Source: an uncultured archaeon (GTDB lineage Archaea > Asgardarchaeota > Thorarchaeia > Thorarchaeales > Thorarchaeaceae). From it: DNA of 64,000 bases. A program made the position numbers and the translations under genes. A model generated the notes under the pieces. The model was not told where the DNA came from, did no database searches, and saw nothing but the letters and a program-made list of their open reading frames with translations. The stretch lies in the NCBI GenBank assembly GCA_964558645.1, contig CAZLEV010000004.1, forward strand, positions 139,442-203,441, written 5' to 3'. Below, piece after piece: positions 49,971 to 59,583 of the stretch (the stretch's first letter is position 1; every line of letters starts with the position of its first letter).

Positions 49971-50945
49971 ATGCAACTCACGATTGAACGCGCTCACAAC
50001 ATTGACGAATATCTCGAAGCATGGAGGCATCAGATACGTGACTACGAGTGGGCACGTGAATCGATTCCATTTCATTATGCCGTCGAAGAAGAGAGGCAAG
50101 AGATTCAAGAAGACTTTGAGAAGGAGCATCACTGGTTTCTCGTCGCCTATGACAAGACAGGTCGCCCGGTGGGAGTTCTGGGCATGAGACTGAACGGAGA
50201 AACCTGTGTGTTGCGAAACTGGGAGCCTGCCACCCAATCTAATCAAGCTGCGTGTATCGCACATCAGCTCTTGGACACAGGGTTCGAAACGACAAGAAAG
50301 GAAGGTGCTGTCATTGCGTTCGCACGGCTCAAGTACACCTTGCCGCTCAGAAGCAAGGCAGCCAACCTAAAGGAGAGATTGCTTGATTTTGGATTCTCCG
50401 AGAAGAGACGGGGAATCACATCAATCTGCGACCTGAACCACACTCGGTCATTGGAAGGCAAGATGCTGTTTCGTGATAGGGATGCATTCACTCTTGACGA
50501 GTTGACGGACATGACGGTGAAATCGTTTGCCTATGAAGAGGAAGACAGGAGCATCCATGGAGAATATCAGTCGGTCTCAGACCGAGAAGCCAACCGGCGC
50601 ATCATGGAGCTGATTGAGAAGGGGGTCTTTGGAAACTCACCACCTGAGCTTTGGCAGATTGCATTGGTTGATGACAGGCCGGCAGGTCTGGTGATCGGTT
50701 TCATCCCGGAATCTGAGTATCGCCCTCCGCATGGCGTAGTTGGACAGCTCTGTGTGCTCCCGGGTTTCCGCAGAAGAGGGGTGGCTACAGCATTGCTGAG
50801 GAGAATTCATCAGGAGTTCCAGTCTAAGGGATGCGAGTATGCGTTTGTGGGAACGCCTCGATCAAATCGAAGAGCGCTCAACCTCTATGAGAGAGAGGAA
50901 TATCGTAGAAGATTCGGTCAGGATGAGTTCGAGATGCGTCTATAG
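49971..50945 (+). CDS. Tandem GNAT acetyltransferase
   Basis: VLPGFRRRGVATAL, N.RALNLY. Confidence 0.85.
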   Translation: MQLTIERAHNIDEYLEAWRHQIRDYEWARESIPFHYAVEEERQEIQEDFEKEHHWFLVAYDKTGRPVGVLGMRLNGETCVLRNWEPATQSNQAACIAHQLLDTGFETTRKEGAVIAFARLKYTLPLRSKAANLKERLLDFGFSEKRRGITSICDLNHTRSLEGKMLFRDRDAFTLDELTDMTVKSFAYEEEDRSIHGEYQSVSDREANRRIMELIEKGVFGNSPPELWQIALVDDRPAGLVIGFIPESEYRPPHGVVGQLCVLPGFRRRGVATALLRRIHQEFQSKGCEYAFVGTPRSNRRALNLYEREEYRRRFGQDEFEMRL

Positions 50946-51051
50946 AAGAGGGCGTCCTCACAATGTATTCAGTTCCATGTACTGCTCCAATCCCACATCC
51001 TGAGCATAATCTTATAGTGACAGATGACCCAATTGCAGATTGGCGAACAAG

Positions 51052-52389
51052 ATGTCTGACTCAGAGATGCGACCCGGCCTCACTGTCTTCTGGGATGTCG
51101 AGAACGTTCATGATATACTCGACACCCACGTGAGAATGACAGAAACTATCCGCAAATCAGGCAGGGTCATCAAGGCCTTTGCATTTGCCGATTGGGACAC
51201 CAGAAGGCGAATGGCAGAGAACCTCCATCAACTGGGCTATGACTTGATCCATATCCCAGATTCCAAAGACAATGCAGCAGATTACAAGATGGCATCATAT
51301 ATCATGGACCATGTTGTCCACTATCCCGAGACCCAGCAATACGTCATGATCACTGGAGATGGGGACTTCAACCTCATCGCCGGAGCCTTAAGAGAGCGAG
51401 GTCTCGGGCTATGGGTGATCAGTAATCCCATCATCACCTCATCTGCGCTATCGGAGCTAGCGACCAAATACGATGACATCTACTCCTTCAGACCGGTTCA
51501 CATGGATTGCTCAAGACCCGAGGACTGTGATGTGACCTCCGGAAAACTCTCCGACTATAGACGGAGAGCAGGTATGTATCTACGAGAAGCAATACAGAAG
51601 ATCACAGATGCTGGACATAAGCCGGGTCTCGGCCATGTGAAGCATGTTATGAACTCCCTCAACCCGCAGTTCGATGAGAAGGTACTGGGCTTCTCTACAT
51701 GGACTGAGTTCATTGAATGGGCAGAGTCAGAAAAATACGTTGAGAGAACAGGGGAGCCCCCCATTACTGTCTTGGCTATTCCTCCAGATGATATTCCTAG
51801 GATGTCTCAGTTGTCGCTCGAACTACAGAGCGCATTCGACTTGCTCGAAGCCGTCGTGGAGGCTAGGCTGGAAAGAGGAGAACCGACGTCTCTGGCAGAA
51901 GTCAACAATGACCTCAAGATGCAAGGATTTGAGCATGAGAGTGTAGGCTATATGCGCTTCAATGACCTGGTCTTGTCGGCAGAGAAGCGCGGGAAAATCA
52001 GAGTGGTCGCATCAGGTGAAGACACAGATGGTATCATGCTCTTTCCACAATGCACAATTGATAGAGTCAAGGAGTGGTTTGAAGAGCATGTCACAGATCT
52101 CTTTGGAAAATCTGTCAAGATTCCCAGGGCGGTCTTTCTGGAGAAGATATCCCAGATGCTACTCGAGAACCGTACAACTCTGAGGCATCTCGAGAAGTAT
52201 CTGAGAGATAACGATCTGAGGAGGACCTATCAGGACATTCTCGACGCCAGCGGGGTTCCGTTCCTGCCGCCATATCAGATGAGCATGGCATTTGTAATGC
52301 TGGGCAGAGGTAAGAGTGTCGAGGAAACTGTAGAGAGTGTCAGCGAGGAGCTTGAACCCCTGGGAATAACTCTGAAGATACCGGAGTAG
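51052..52389 (+). CDS. NYN-domain RNase with two OST-HTH/LOTUS domains (paralog 2)
   Basis: FWDVENV, NAAD, ITGDGDF; FDEKVLGF..W.EF. Collinear with paralog 1. Confidence 0.85.
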   Translation: MSDSEMRPGLTVFWDVENVHDILDTHVRMTETIRKSGRVIKAFAFADWDTRRRMAENLHQLGYDLIHIPDSKDNAADYKMASYIMDHVVHYPETQQYVMITGDGDFNLIAGALRERGLGLWVISNPIITSSALSELATKYDDIYSFRPVHMDCSRPEDCDVTSGKLSDYRRRAGMYLREAIQKITDAGHKPGLGHVKHVMNSLNPQFDEKVLGFSTWTEFIEWAESEKYVERTGEPPITVLAIPPDDIPRMSQLSLELQSAFDLLEAVVEARLERGEPTSLAEVNNDLKMQGFEHESVGYMRFNDLVLSAEKRGKIRVVASGEDTDGIMLFPQCTIDRVKEWFEEHVTDLFGKSVKIPRAVFLEKISQMLLENRTTLRHLEKYLRDNDLRRTYQDILDASGVPFLPPYQMSMAFVMLGRGKSVEETVESVSEELEPLGITLKIPE

Positions 52390-52448
52390 GTATCCTGTAT
52401 AGAATCCATGTCATGGAAGGACATCAGCATGCTAGAAGGGACCCGTGA

Positions 52449-53423
52449 ATGACAAGCGATGCAAGGGATGAAACGAAGCAGGATGAAGAAGTAGAGAAGC
52501 GTAGGTATATCCCTCATCTTGCTGAGTTCTACTTCAAGCCCACTCATGATTGGAGCATCGCAGAGGCTAAGAGGCTATACCATTCAGCCGAGAATGACTG
52601 CGGCAACATGAGTCTGGACTCTGTTCATTTCAAAGACTGTATATCAGGGATGAAAGAGATGCCGAGGGAGTGTGTCGACCTAGTCATCGCGGATCCTCCG
52701 TTCGGGATAGATTTTGACGGCAAGAGTGGGGCATATAATCGAGATGAGAGTCTGGTTGTCAGTGGGTACGAGGAGATTGATGAGGATTACATTGCCTTCA
52801 GCGAGTCGTGGATTGGCGAGGCAGCTCGAATTCTAAACGATAGTGGGTCCATGTATATTTTCAGCGGCTGGAATAATCTCGAATATGTCTTGAGAGGCGC
52901 AAGATTGGCGGGGCTACATCTGCTCAACCATCTTATCTGGCAGTATCAGTTTGGTGTGTTCACCAAGAGGAGATTCGTTAGCAGTCACTACCACATTCTT
53001 CTCTTGGTCAAGAACAAGGACAACTACTTCTTCAACAAGCTGGAGAACTATCCCCAAGATGTCTGGAAAATAAAGCGGAGCTATCGTACCGGAAAGTCGA
53101 AGAATAGCACAAAACTGCCACTGAGAGTGGTCCAGAAGTGCATCGACTACTCTTCAGCTCCAGGGGAGATAGTACTGGACCCGTTCGTAGGCAATGGGAC
53201 CACGGCCGTCGCTGCCAAGGGAGCGCTACGACACTTCATTGGCTACGAGATAAACTCCCAACTGGAGAAAATCATTGCATCGAACCTGGCTGCCGTTGAG
53301 CCCGGTCAATTCTACATTTCGTACTCTGATAGACTTCCCTCCATTGAGGAGCTGGCCAAGAAGTATCCGAGAGCCTATCGCGAATATGTGAAGAGGGAAA
53401 ACCAAGAGAGCGGCGGAGAATAG
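52449..53423 (+). CDS. N4/N6 DNA methyltransferase (beta class)
   Basis: ADPPF precedes LDPFVGNGTT; IGYEIN. Confidence 0.9.
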   Translation: MTSDARDETKQDEEVEKRRYIPHLAEFYFKPTHDWSIAEAKRLYHSAENDCGNMSLDSVHFKDCISGMKEMPRECVDLVIADPPFGIDFDGKSGAYNRDESLVVSGYEEIDEDYIAFSESWIGEAARILNDSGSMYIFSGWNNLEYVLRGARLAGLHLLNHLIWQYQFGVFTKRRFVSSHYHILLLVKNKDNYFFNKLENYPQDVWKIKRSYRTGKSKNSTKLPLRVVQKCIDYSSAPGEIVLDPFVGNGTTAVAAKGALRHFIGYEINSQLEKIIASNLAAVEPGQFYISYSDRLPSIEELAKKYPRAYREYVKRENQESGGE

Positions 53424-53432
53424 ACAGATTGA

Positions 53433-54890
53433 ATGAGAGGATTGGTTGCTGTGCCATATGACGAACTCTTCGAAAAGTACGGAGCAGACCGCGATCGGTT
53501 AGGCGATGTGGTTTCTCCAAGTGATGTCTTCACCCGCGAGTATGGCTCGGAGTTAACAGAATGGGAACGTGGCTTGCATCGTGATTTCAGAACACATGAA
53601 CATGGAAGAAGATACATCCACAGGGGTTTTGTGCACTATACGCGTTACATGGACCTCATTCTCTTGACTCCTAGCCCTTGGCTTGTAGAAGGCGTCTTCG
53701 TCTACCTAACCTCTGATCAAGAACCTCCAGATGAAGGAGCGTATGTCCAAGTAAGCGGAAAGAGTATAGCCTTGCCCCGACTCCTTCAGAAGGGCAATGA
53801 CATTGTTCAGGCGTTTACTGCAGAAGATATTCAAGAACTGAAAATTGACCTAATAGACCAGATTCGGCCGCCTCTATCTCTTAAGGACATCTCGGAGTTG
53901 TTGTTCGAACATGTGGGTATGGCTGAGGCAAGCAAACGAGTTTTTGCACGGTTGTTCGTATCCAGTCCACCGTTTCAGCAATCCGTCGGAGGGCTAACCA
54001 CAGGGATTCAAGCGATAGCATCCAAGACTCAGGTTCGTCGCCTCCTCTCTTTCACTCGGAGTGTCATACCTCCTACACTCAGAGGGACAAGAGGGAGGCA
54101 TCATAATGTAAGAGGATTCAGAATCTCAACTCCTAGGACTTGGAGATTGGATGCTGGAATGGTCAGCTCAACAAATCTCCGAACACTATGCATAGAGAGG
54201 CAAGACCCCCGGGGGTTCAGAGAGGTCTCCGTTGGGACACTGACCGAGAAGAGCACTGCAGTCTTGCCCGACGTTCCTCTTGCCTTGACATCAGAAGACT
54301 TCTGGGTCGAAACAAAGAGCTCAAAGCATCTTAGACTTCCCATACTGAAGTCTGTCATCACATTCCAGATGATGAACCCGAAGATATCCGTACGTTCGGT
54401 TGATGCAGCAACAAAACACGTTCTCGAACGGATGGAGAGGGTAAAGGAAAGTTTTGGGCTGGAGGAGAGTGCCTTGGCACGGGGTCACATTCTGGATGCT
54501 GATGCATTAGGAAGGCCCCTCAGCACGATTAGACTGGCCAGATCTACTGCACGAGCGTCATGGCAAGACAAAGTGAAGGCATCTGACCTTAAGCAGTCAT
54601 GGAACCAGATTCTCGAACCCGCACTGAAGGAATTCCTTGAACTGGTAGAACTAGAGTCAAGGGCTAAGGAAGACTGGGGAGAAGGGGCCCGTCTTGAGAA
54701 GTTCAACACCAAAGTTCATCGAGCAATACGACAGCTAGATAGCGGGAAGACGGGATCACTTGGGCCAAGTCTCGAAGAGATAGCTGAAGAGGCCGGAGTA
54801 GAAGTGCATGTTGCAGCCGAGAACCTAGAGAGAATGAAGAGAAACGGTGTCGTCTATGAGCCACGAACAGGGCACTACCGCCTGGTATAG
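53433..54890 (+). CDS. Degenerate MCM-like protein with C-terminal winged helix
   Basis: RPLSTIRLARSTARA (MCM sensor-2-like), GVVYEPRTGHYRLV (MCM WH-like), no intact Walker A. Confidence 0.55.
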   Translation: MRGLVAVPYDELFEKYGADRDRLGDVVSPSDVFTREYGSELTEWERGLHRDFRTHEHGRRYIHRGFVHYTRYMDLILLTPSPWLVEGVFVYLTSDQEPPDEGAYVQVSGKSIALPRLLQKGNDIVQAFTAEDIQELKIDLIDQIRPPLSLKDISELLFEHVGMAEASKRVFARLFVSSPPFQQSVGGLTTGIQAIASKTQVRRLLSFTRSVIPPTLRGTRGRHHNVRGFRISTPRTWRLDAGMVSSTNLRTLCIERQDPRGFREVSVGTLTEKSTAVLPDVPLALTSEDFWVETKSSKHLRLPILKSVITFQMMNPKISVRSVDAATKHVLERMERVKESFGLEESALARGHILDADALGRPLSTIRLARSTARASWQDKVKASDLKQSWNQILEPALKEFLELVELESRAKEDWGEGARLEKFNTKVHRAIRQLDSGKTGSLGPSLEEIAEEAGVEVHVAAENLERMKRNGVVYEPRTGHYRLV

Positions 54891-54911
54891 AGGACGGGAG
54901 AGGAGACCATC

Positions 54912-55718
54912 TTGCCAGAACTGCCTGAGCTCGAAGCCATTGCGATGAAACTGTGGGAAAGGTTCAACGGTAAGGAGGTCGAATCAGTTCGGGTGTATGA
55001 GGCTCTTGTCATTCATGCCATCACACCAGATGATTTCGTCGAAAGAATAACCAATTCGGTCTTGTCTTCCTGTGTCGCCGATGGCAAGTTCATAATCCTC
55101 AGTCTCACTGGAAACAAGAAGATTGTAGTCAATCCGATGCTGGCAGGAAGATTCAGAATCGTACAGAGAGGGCGAAGATCTCTGAAGAGAAACATCTTCG
55201 CTCTTGAATTCGGGAGCGAGAGTCTTCTGTACACTGATACTAAGAGAATGAGCAGAGTCTATCTGGTTCTTGACGACGATTTCACCGTTGTCAAGGGTTT
55301 CGCGGGACGGGGACCACAAGCGCTTGGACACGATCTTACGGAACATGCATTCCTAGACAGAATCAAGAGGTTCAGAGGACATATCAAGAATGTTCTGACG
55401 AACCAACGATTCATCACAGGCATTGGCAACGCATATGCAGACGAGGTCCTTCTCTACGCAGGAATCATGCCGTTCAGAAGAAGAGCAAGTCTGAGTACCA
55501 ACGAGATTGTCAGCCTTTACAGGGCGATGAGAGACGTCTTGTCGCGCTATCGGGACATGATGATGAAGAGGAATCTGTCGGAACTAGCCACGGAGAAACG
55601 AGACTTCCTGATGATTCATGGAAGAGGAGGGGAAAAGTGTCCGCTCTGTGGGGGGAGAATATCAGAAGTAACAGCCAATCGCTTCAAGACGAACTACTGT
55701 CAGACCTGCCAGAAATGA
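54912..55718 (+). CDS. mutM: Fpg/Nei family DNA glycosylase
   Basis: PELPE N-terminus, GIGNAYADE, CPLC...CQTCQ zinc finger. Confidence 0.93.
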   Translation: MPELPELEAIAMKLWERFNGKEVESVRVYEALVIHAITPDDFVERITNSVLSSCVADGKFIILSLTGNKKIVVNPMLAGRFRIVQRGRRSLKRNIFALEFGSESLLYTDTKRMSRVYLVLDDDFTVVKGFAGRGPQALGHDLTEHAFLDRIKRFRGHIKNVLTNQRFITGIGNAYADEVLLYAGIMPFRRRASLSTNEIVSLYRAMRDVLSRYRDMMMKRNLSELATEKRDFLMIHGRGGEKCPLCGGRISEVTANRFKTNYCQTCQK

Positions 55719-55774
55719 AGCACAAGACACTAATCTCTGACCATTCATAGTAAGCATGAAGACCTCAGTACAGG

Positions 55775-56962
55775 GTGATGAGTGTGGATGATTGGGAATT
55801 AGAATTCTTGAGAGATCTTGTAGAACTGGACACAAACAGCGAGCAGAAGAAGAACTACACCGAGTGTGCTGCTGTTGTGGTGGAGAGATGCAAAGAGGCG
55901 GGCCTTGCGGTTGAAGTCTTCGACTCGAAGCATGAGGGGGTGGCTCAGCCAAATGTGGTTGCCGAACTGAATGCTGACAGCGACCGAACAGTCCTCCTTG
56001 CGACCCACTATGATGTTGTCCCAGCAGGAGATGAAGACAAGTGGACCCGACCACCGTTCGAGCTGGTGGTTGAGAAAGACCGAGTATATGGGAGAGGTAC
56101 AACCGACAACAAAGGGAACATTGTGGCATCCGTCAGCGCTGCAAGGGCTCTATTGGAGCAAGGCTCAGCAAACGTCAACTGGAAAATACTCATCTCGCCT
56201 AATGAAGAGATTGGAGGAGAATGGGGGATCGACTATCTGATAAACGGACCCCCTAAAATACGAGGAGACTTCGGCATCGTAGTAGATTCTAGCCCTAACT
56301 ACATCAGTATGGGTGCAAGCGGCATCGTGGCGGGTACTGTGACCATAACGGGTACGCAGGGTCATGCAGGTATGCCCTTTGCCTTCACAAACGCGATACA
56401 CATCAGCATCCCGGTCATGAATGCGCTACTCCGCTTCGCAGACCTCAGAAGGAAAGTGACCTCTCAATATCCAGCTCCTCCTGAGAGCCCGTTTCAGAAT
56501 CTCTGGGGGCGGTTCTCTATGACCGTGTACAAAGCCGGCACTAAGACTAACGTAATCCCAGGCAAGGCCGAGATCTCGTTTGACTGCAGGATAATTCCTG
56601 AAGAGAATCCGGATGAAGTTGCCAATCAGATATCCAAGTTCTTGGAGAAGACACGGGAAGAAACCGGGATTCAGGTAGACGTGTCTTTCATCACAAAGGC
56701 AGACAGCTGGGTCTCGGACACAGATAACCCCTATGCACAGGCATTTCACGAATCGGTCAACTCAACCGTGGGCACATTCGTACCTATGGCTGTTGACCTG
56801 GGTGGCAATGATGGGTCCTTTTTTGTGAATGCAGGAATCCCTGCAGTATGCTATGGTACGATTGCTAAGGACAACAACTTCCACGGCATCGACGAGTTCA
56901 TGAGGCTGGATGATTTCGACAAGGTGAAAAGAGCCCTGATTCACTTTGCAGAGTCGTGTTAG
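55775..56962 (+). CDS. M20 family metallopeptidase (ArgE/DapE-like)
   Basis: HYDVVP, YGRGTTDNKG, EEIGG, FHGIDE. Confidence 0.92.
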   Translation: MMSVDDWELEFLRDLVELDTNSEQKKNYTECAAVVVERCKEAGLAVEVFDSKHEGVAQPNVVAELNADSDRTVLLATHYDVVPAGDEDKWTRPPFELVVEKDRVYGRGTTDNKGNIVASVSAARALLEQGSANVNWKILISPNEEIGGEWGIDYLINGPPKIRGDFGIVVDSSPNYISMGASGIVAGTVTITGTQGHAGMPFAFTNAIHISIPVMNALLRFADLRRKVTSQYPAPPESPFQNLWGRFSMTVYKAGTKTNVIPGKAEISFDCRIIPEENPDEVANQISKFLEKTREETGIQVDVSFITKADSWVSDTDNPYAQAFHESVNSTVGTFVPMAVDLGGNDGSFFVNAGIPAVCYGTIAKDNNFHGIDEFMRLDDFDKVKRALIHFAESC

Positions 56963-56965
56963 TCC

Positions 56966-58090
56966 ATGGTCGATGTTCATGATCTTCAGATAGGTGCTCC
57001 GGGTCCCTTCTTGCCCCCTTGGGACCGTGTCAAGAAGAATGCAGAATTGATTGATTCATTGGGATATGACAGCATGGCATTTCCCGACCATTTTGCAGGC
57101 TTCGTTCCTGAGAGTATATGGACACCAGATATTACACCGCTTGCCCTCATACAACAGTCTCCTCATACATTCTTTGAGCTCAGTTCCATCATGGCAGCCT
57201 CAGCTGTGGTCACTAAGCACGTTGATATCATATCAGCTGTAACAGAGCCAATCCGAAGGCACCCAGTTCTTCTCGCCCAGACGTTCATGACACTTGATCA
57301 CATCAGTGAGGGAAGAGCCATCCTTGGAATCGGAGCAGGTGAGGCTGAAAACATAGAACCCTATGGCCTCAGCTACTCAGGACAAGTCGGCAAACTACGG
57401 GAGGCATTGGAGATCATCACGAGAATATGGCAAACACACGAGCCATTCAACTACGAGGGGCGATTCTGGAAACTGAAAGATGGCGTGATGTCTCTGAGAC
57501 CAAGCAGGTCTGACAGGCCGCCCAGAATATGGATTGCTGCTCATGGACCAAAAATGCTGAACATCACAGCGGAGTTCGGTGATGGCTGGATTCCAACACT
57601 CTTAGACCCGACCGATTACGGTCATCGCCTGGATCAGATAATGAAAGCCAGAAAACGATTGAAGAAGGAGAATGAGTTCACCGCCGCTCTCTGGCAATGG
57701 TTCATTCTTGATGACGAGCCGGAGGAATGCAGGAGGATGATGCAGACTCCACTAGCAAAGGCCTTTGCCCTTCTCTATCCCGCAGAACTATGGACGAAAC
57801 TCGGATATGAACACCCTCTCGGCAGTGACTTCTACTCTCTGCGAGACTACATACCTATGCGGTATGGGAGAGAAACCATGCTGGAGGCCATCGATAGAGT
57901 GCCACAGGAGATCTTGGAGAGTTTCTACATTACAGGAGATGCCGACTCAGTACTGGATATACTGGAAGAGTACATGAAACACGGATTGGAGCACATCATC
58001 ATGTGGAATGTGACAGGAATGTTCGATCTTGAGAGAACGCGATCATCCTATCGAGTCATGAAGGAGATACTAGAATATGTCAAGGGGTAG
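56966..58090 (+). CDS. LLM-class (F420/flavin-dependent) oxidoreductase
   Basis: PDHF, TLDHISEGRAILGIGAGE, AAHGPKML...GDGW. Confidence 0.9.
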   Translation: MVDVHDLQIGAPGPFLPPWDRVKKNAELIDSLGYDSMAFPDHFAGFVPESIWTPDITPLALIQQSPHTFFELSSIMAASAVVTKHVDIISAVTEPIRRHPVLLAQTFMTLDHISEGRAILGIGAGEAENIEPYGLSYSGQVGKLREALEIITRIWQTHEPFNYEGRFWKLKDGVMSLRPSRSDRPPRIWIAAHGPKMLNITAEFGDGWIPTLLDPTDYGHRLDQIMKARKRLKKENEFTAALWQWFILDDEPEECRRMMQTPLAKAFALLYPAELWTKLGYEHPLGSDFYSLRDYIPMRYGRETMLEAIDRVPQEILESFYITGDADSVLDILEEYMKHGLEHIIMWNVTGMFDLERTRSSYRVMKEILEYVKG

Positions 58091-58649
58091 ACTGACCCTG
58101 ATCACCACCAACGAGCATAAACTAGCTGAGCTACGCCCGCTCTTTGCAGAATATGGGGTTGACTTCGAAACCATGAATGTTGAGAAGATCGAGATAAGGG
58201 ACGATTCGGTGGAGATCGTGGCAAGGGAGGCTGCAAGACACGCGTTCGAGACTGTTCAGAAACCAGTAGTTGTCGATGATACAGGCCTCTACATCGACAC
58301 TCTAGCAGGTTTTCCAAGGGCGTATCCAGCTTTCGTACTCGAAACTATAGGCAGACAGGGAATACTCAAACTCCTTGAAGGGAAGACAGACCGCAGTGCG
58401 CGCTTTGTAACCAGTGTGGGGTATTCTGATGGACAGAACTTGTACACTTTCACAGGAGAGATGCGAGGGAAGATATCACTGGAAGAGCGTGGATCAGAGG
58501 GGTTTGGTTATGACCCCATCTTCATTCCTGAAGGCTTCGACCAAACCTACGCCGAACTCTCCTTTCAGGAAAAGACAGCCATCTCGCATAGAACTCGAGC
58601 TTTCAGTTCATTTCTCAAATGGTATCGAAACGAGTTCAACAAGTCTTAA
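58077..58649 (+). CDS. rdgB: XTP/dITP diphosphatase (HAM1 family)
   Basis: TTNEHK, DDTGL, GFGYDPIF, SHR. Confidence 0.93.
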   Translation: MSRGRLTLITTNEHKLAELRPLFAEYGVDFETMNVEKIEIRDDSVEIVAREAARHAFETVQKPVVVDDTGLYIDTLAGFPRAYPAFVLETIGRQGILKLLEGKTDRSARFVTSVGYSDGQNLYTFTGEMRGKISLEERGSEGFGYDPIFIPEGFDQTYAELSFQEKTAISHRTRAFSSFLKWYRNEFNKS

Positions 58650-58688
58650 GACCGTCCTGAGGCCTGTTTGATGCTGCTGGTGTGATTC

Positions 58689-59444
58689 ATGAAGATAAGC
58701 GAGAACGCCCTGAAGGCCCTGAGAGAACTAGGCCTCACAGAGTACGAAACTTCAGCGTATCTGGCTCTTGTTGATGGCGGCAAGATGGCGGCCTCGGATA
58801 TCAGCTCAGAATCAGGTGTGCCCTATAGCAGAATCTACGACGTTCTGGGTAGGCTCGAAGAGAAAGGTTTCATCCAGATTCAGAGGGGAAGACCAACCCT
58901 GTACATCGCCAAGGCACCTACGGAGGTTGTTCGTCTTGTGAGGCTTAACCTAGAAGAGAAACTTGACCGCTCTAGCAAGCTGGTTGTCGACGAACTACAG
59001 CCGCTGTATGAAGAAGACCAACAAGTAACGAGCAGGGATGTCTTTGTGATACATGGCCGCTCAGCCATTCTTGCCAAGGCAATAGAGATGGTCAATACCG
59101 CTCGCGAACAGATCAAGCTCTCAGTTCCCAGTCTTGACTTGGAAACCGAAGACATTGATGCAATAATTGATCGAGTTCTTGATGTGAGAACCAAGAATGT
59201 CAGTGTTCTAACGTCTGATGTGCCCGAGTCTATGAGGAATATGATTCCTAACGGGTTCCACATCCGCACTCGGGAGAGGGTATTTGGCGCAGGTCTGGTT
59301 GTTGATGAGCGGCAGACTCTTATCATGCTAGCTGGTGGAGAGAAGCAGCAGTACCTTGGAGTCTATTCTAATCACGCTGTTTTTGCAGCGATGGCATCTG
59401 CATACTTTGATTCCCTCTGGCAAGAATCCAAGCCGTTAAGCTAG
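58689..59444 (+). CDS. TrmB family transcriptional regulator
   Basis: LGLTEYE..AY.AL, SGVPYSRIYDVL..LEEKG. Confidence 0.92.
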   Translation: MKISENALKALRELGLTEYETSAYLALVDGGKMAASDISSESGVPYSRIYDVLGRLEEKGFIQIQRGRPTLYIAKAPTEVVRLVRLNLEEKLDRSSKLVVDELQPLYEEDQQVTSRDVFVIHGRSAILAKAIEMVNTAREQIKLSVPSLDLETEDIDAIIDRVLDVRTKNVSVLTSDVPESMRNMIPNGFHIRTRERVFGAGLVVDERQTLIMLAGGEKQQYLGVYSNHAVFAAMASAYFDSLWQESKPLS

Positions 59445-59583
59445 GAGGAGGTTAAATGGGGGGCACAGGACAAAAGAGATGGTAGTCTCTGCCAACAAGA
59501 CCGTCTAGGGGAGATAGAAGAAACCTACGAAGGAAGTAGGCACTCCAGACACCTCAATAGCATCTCCTGAGGAGACAACAATC

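Noticed and set aside
52449-54890. Type II restriction-modification pair
   Set aside because: Downstream protein shows no recognisable nuclease motif and looks MCM-like.
59456-59485. 9-codon ORF with a strong GGAGG RBS
   Set aside because: Too short and no supporting features.
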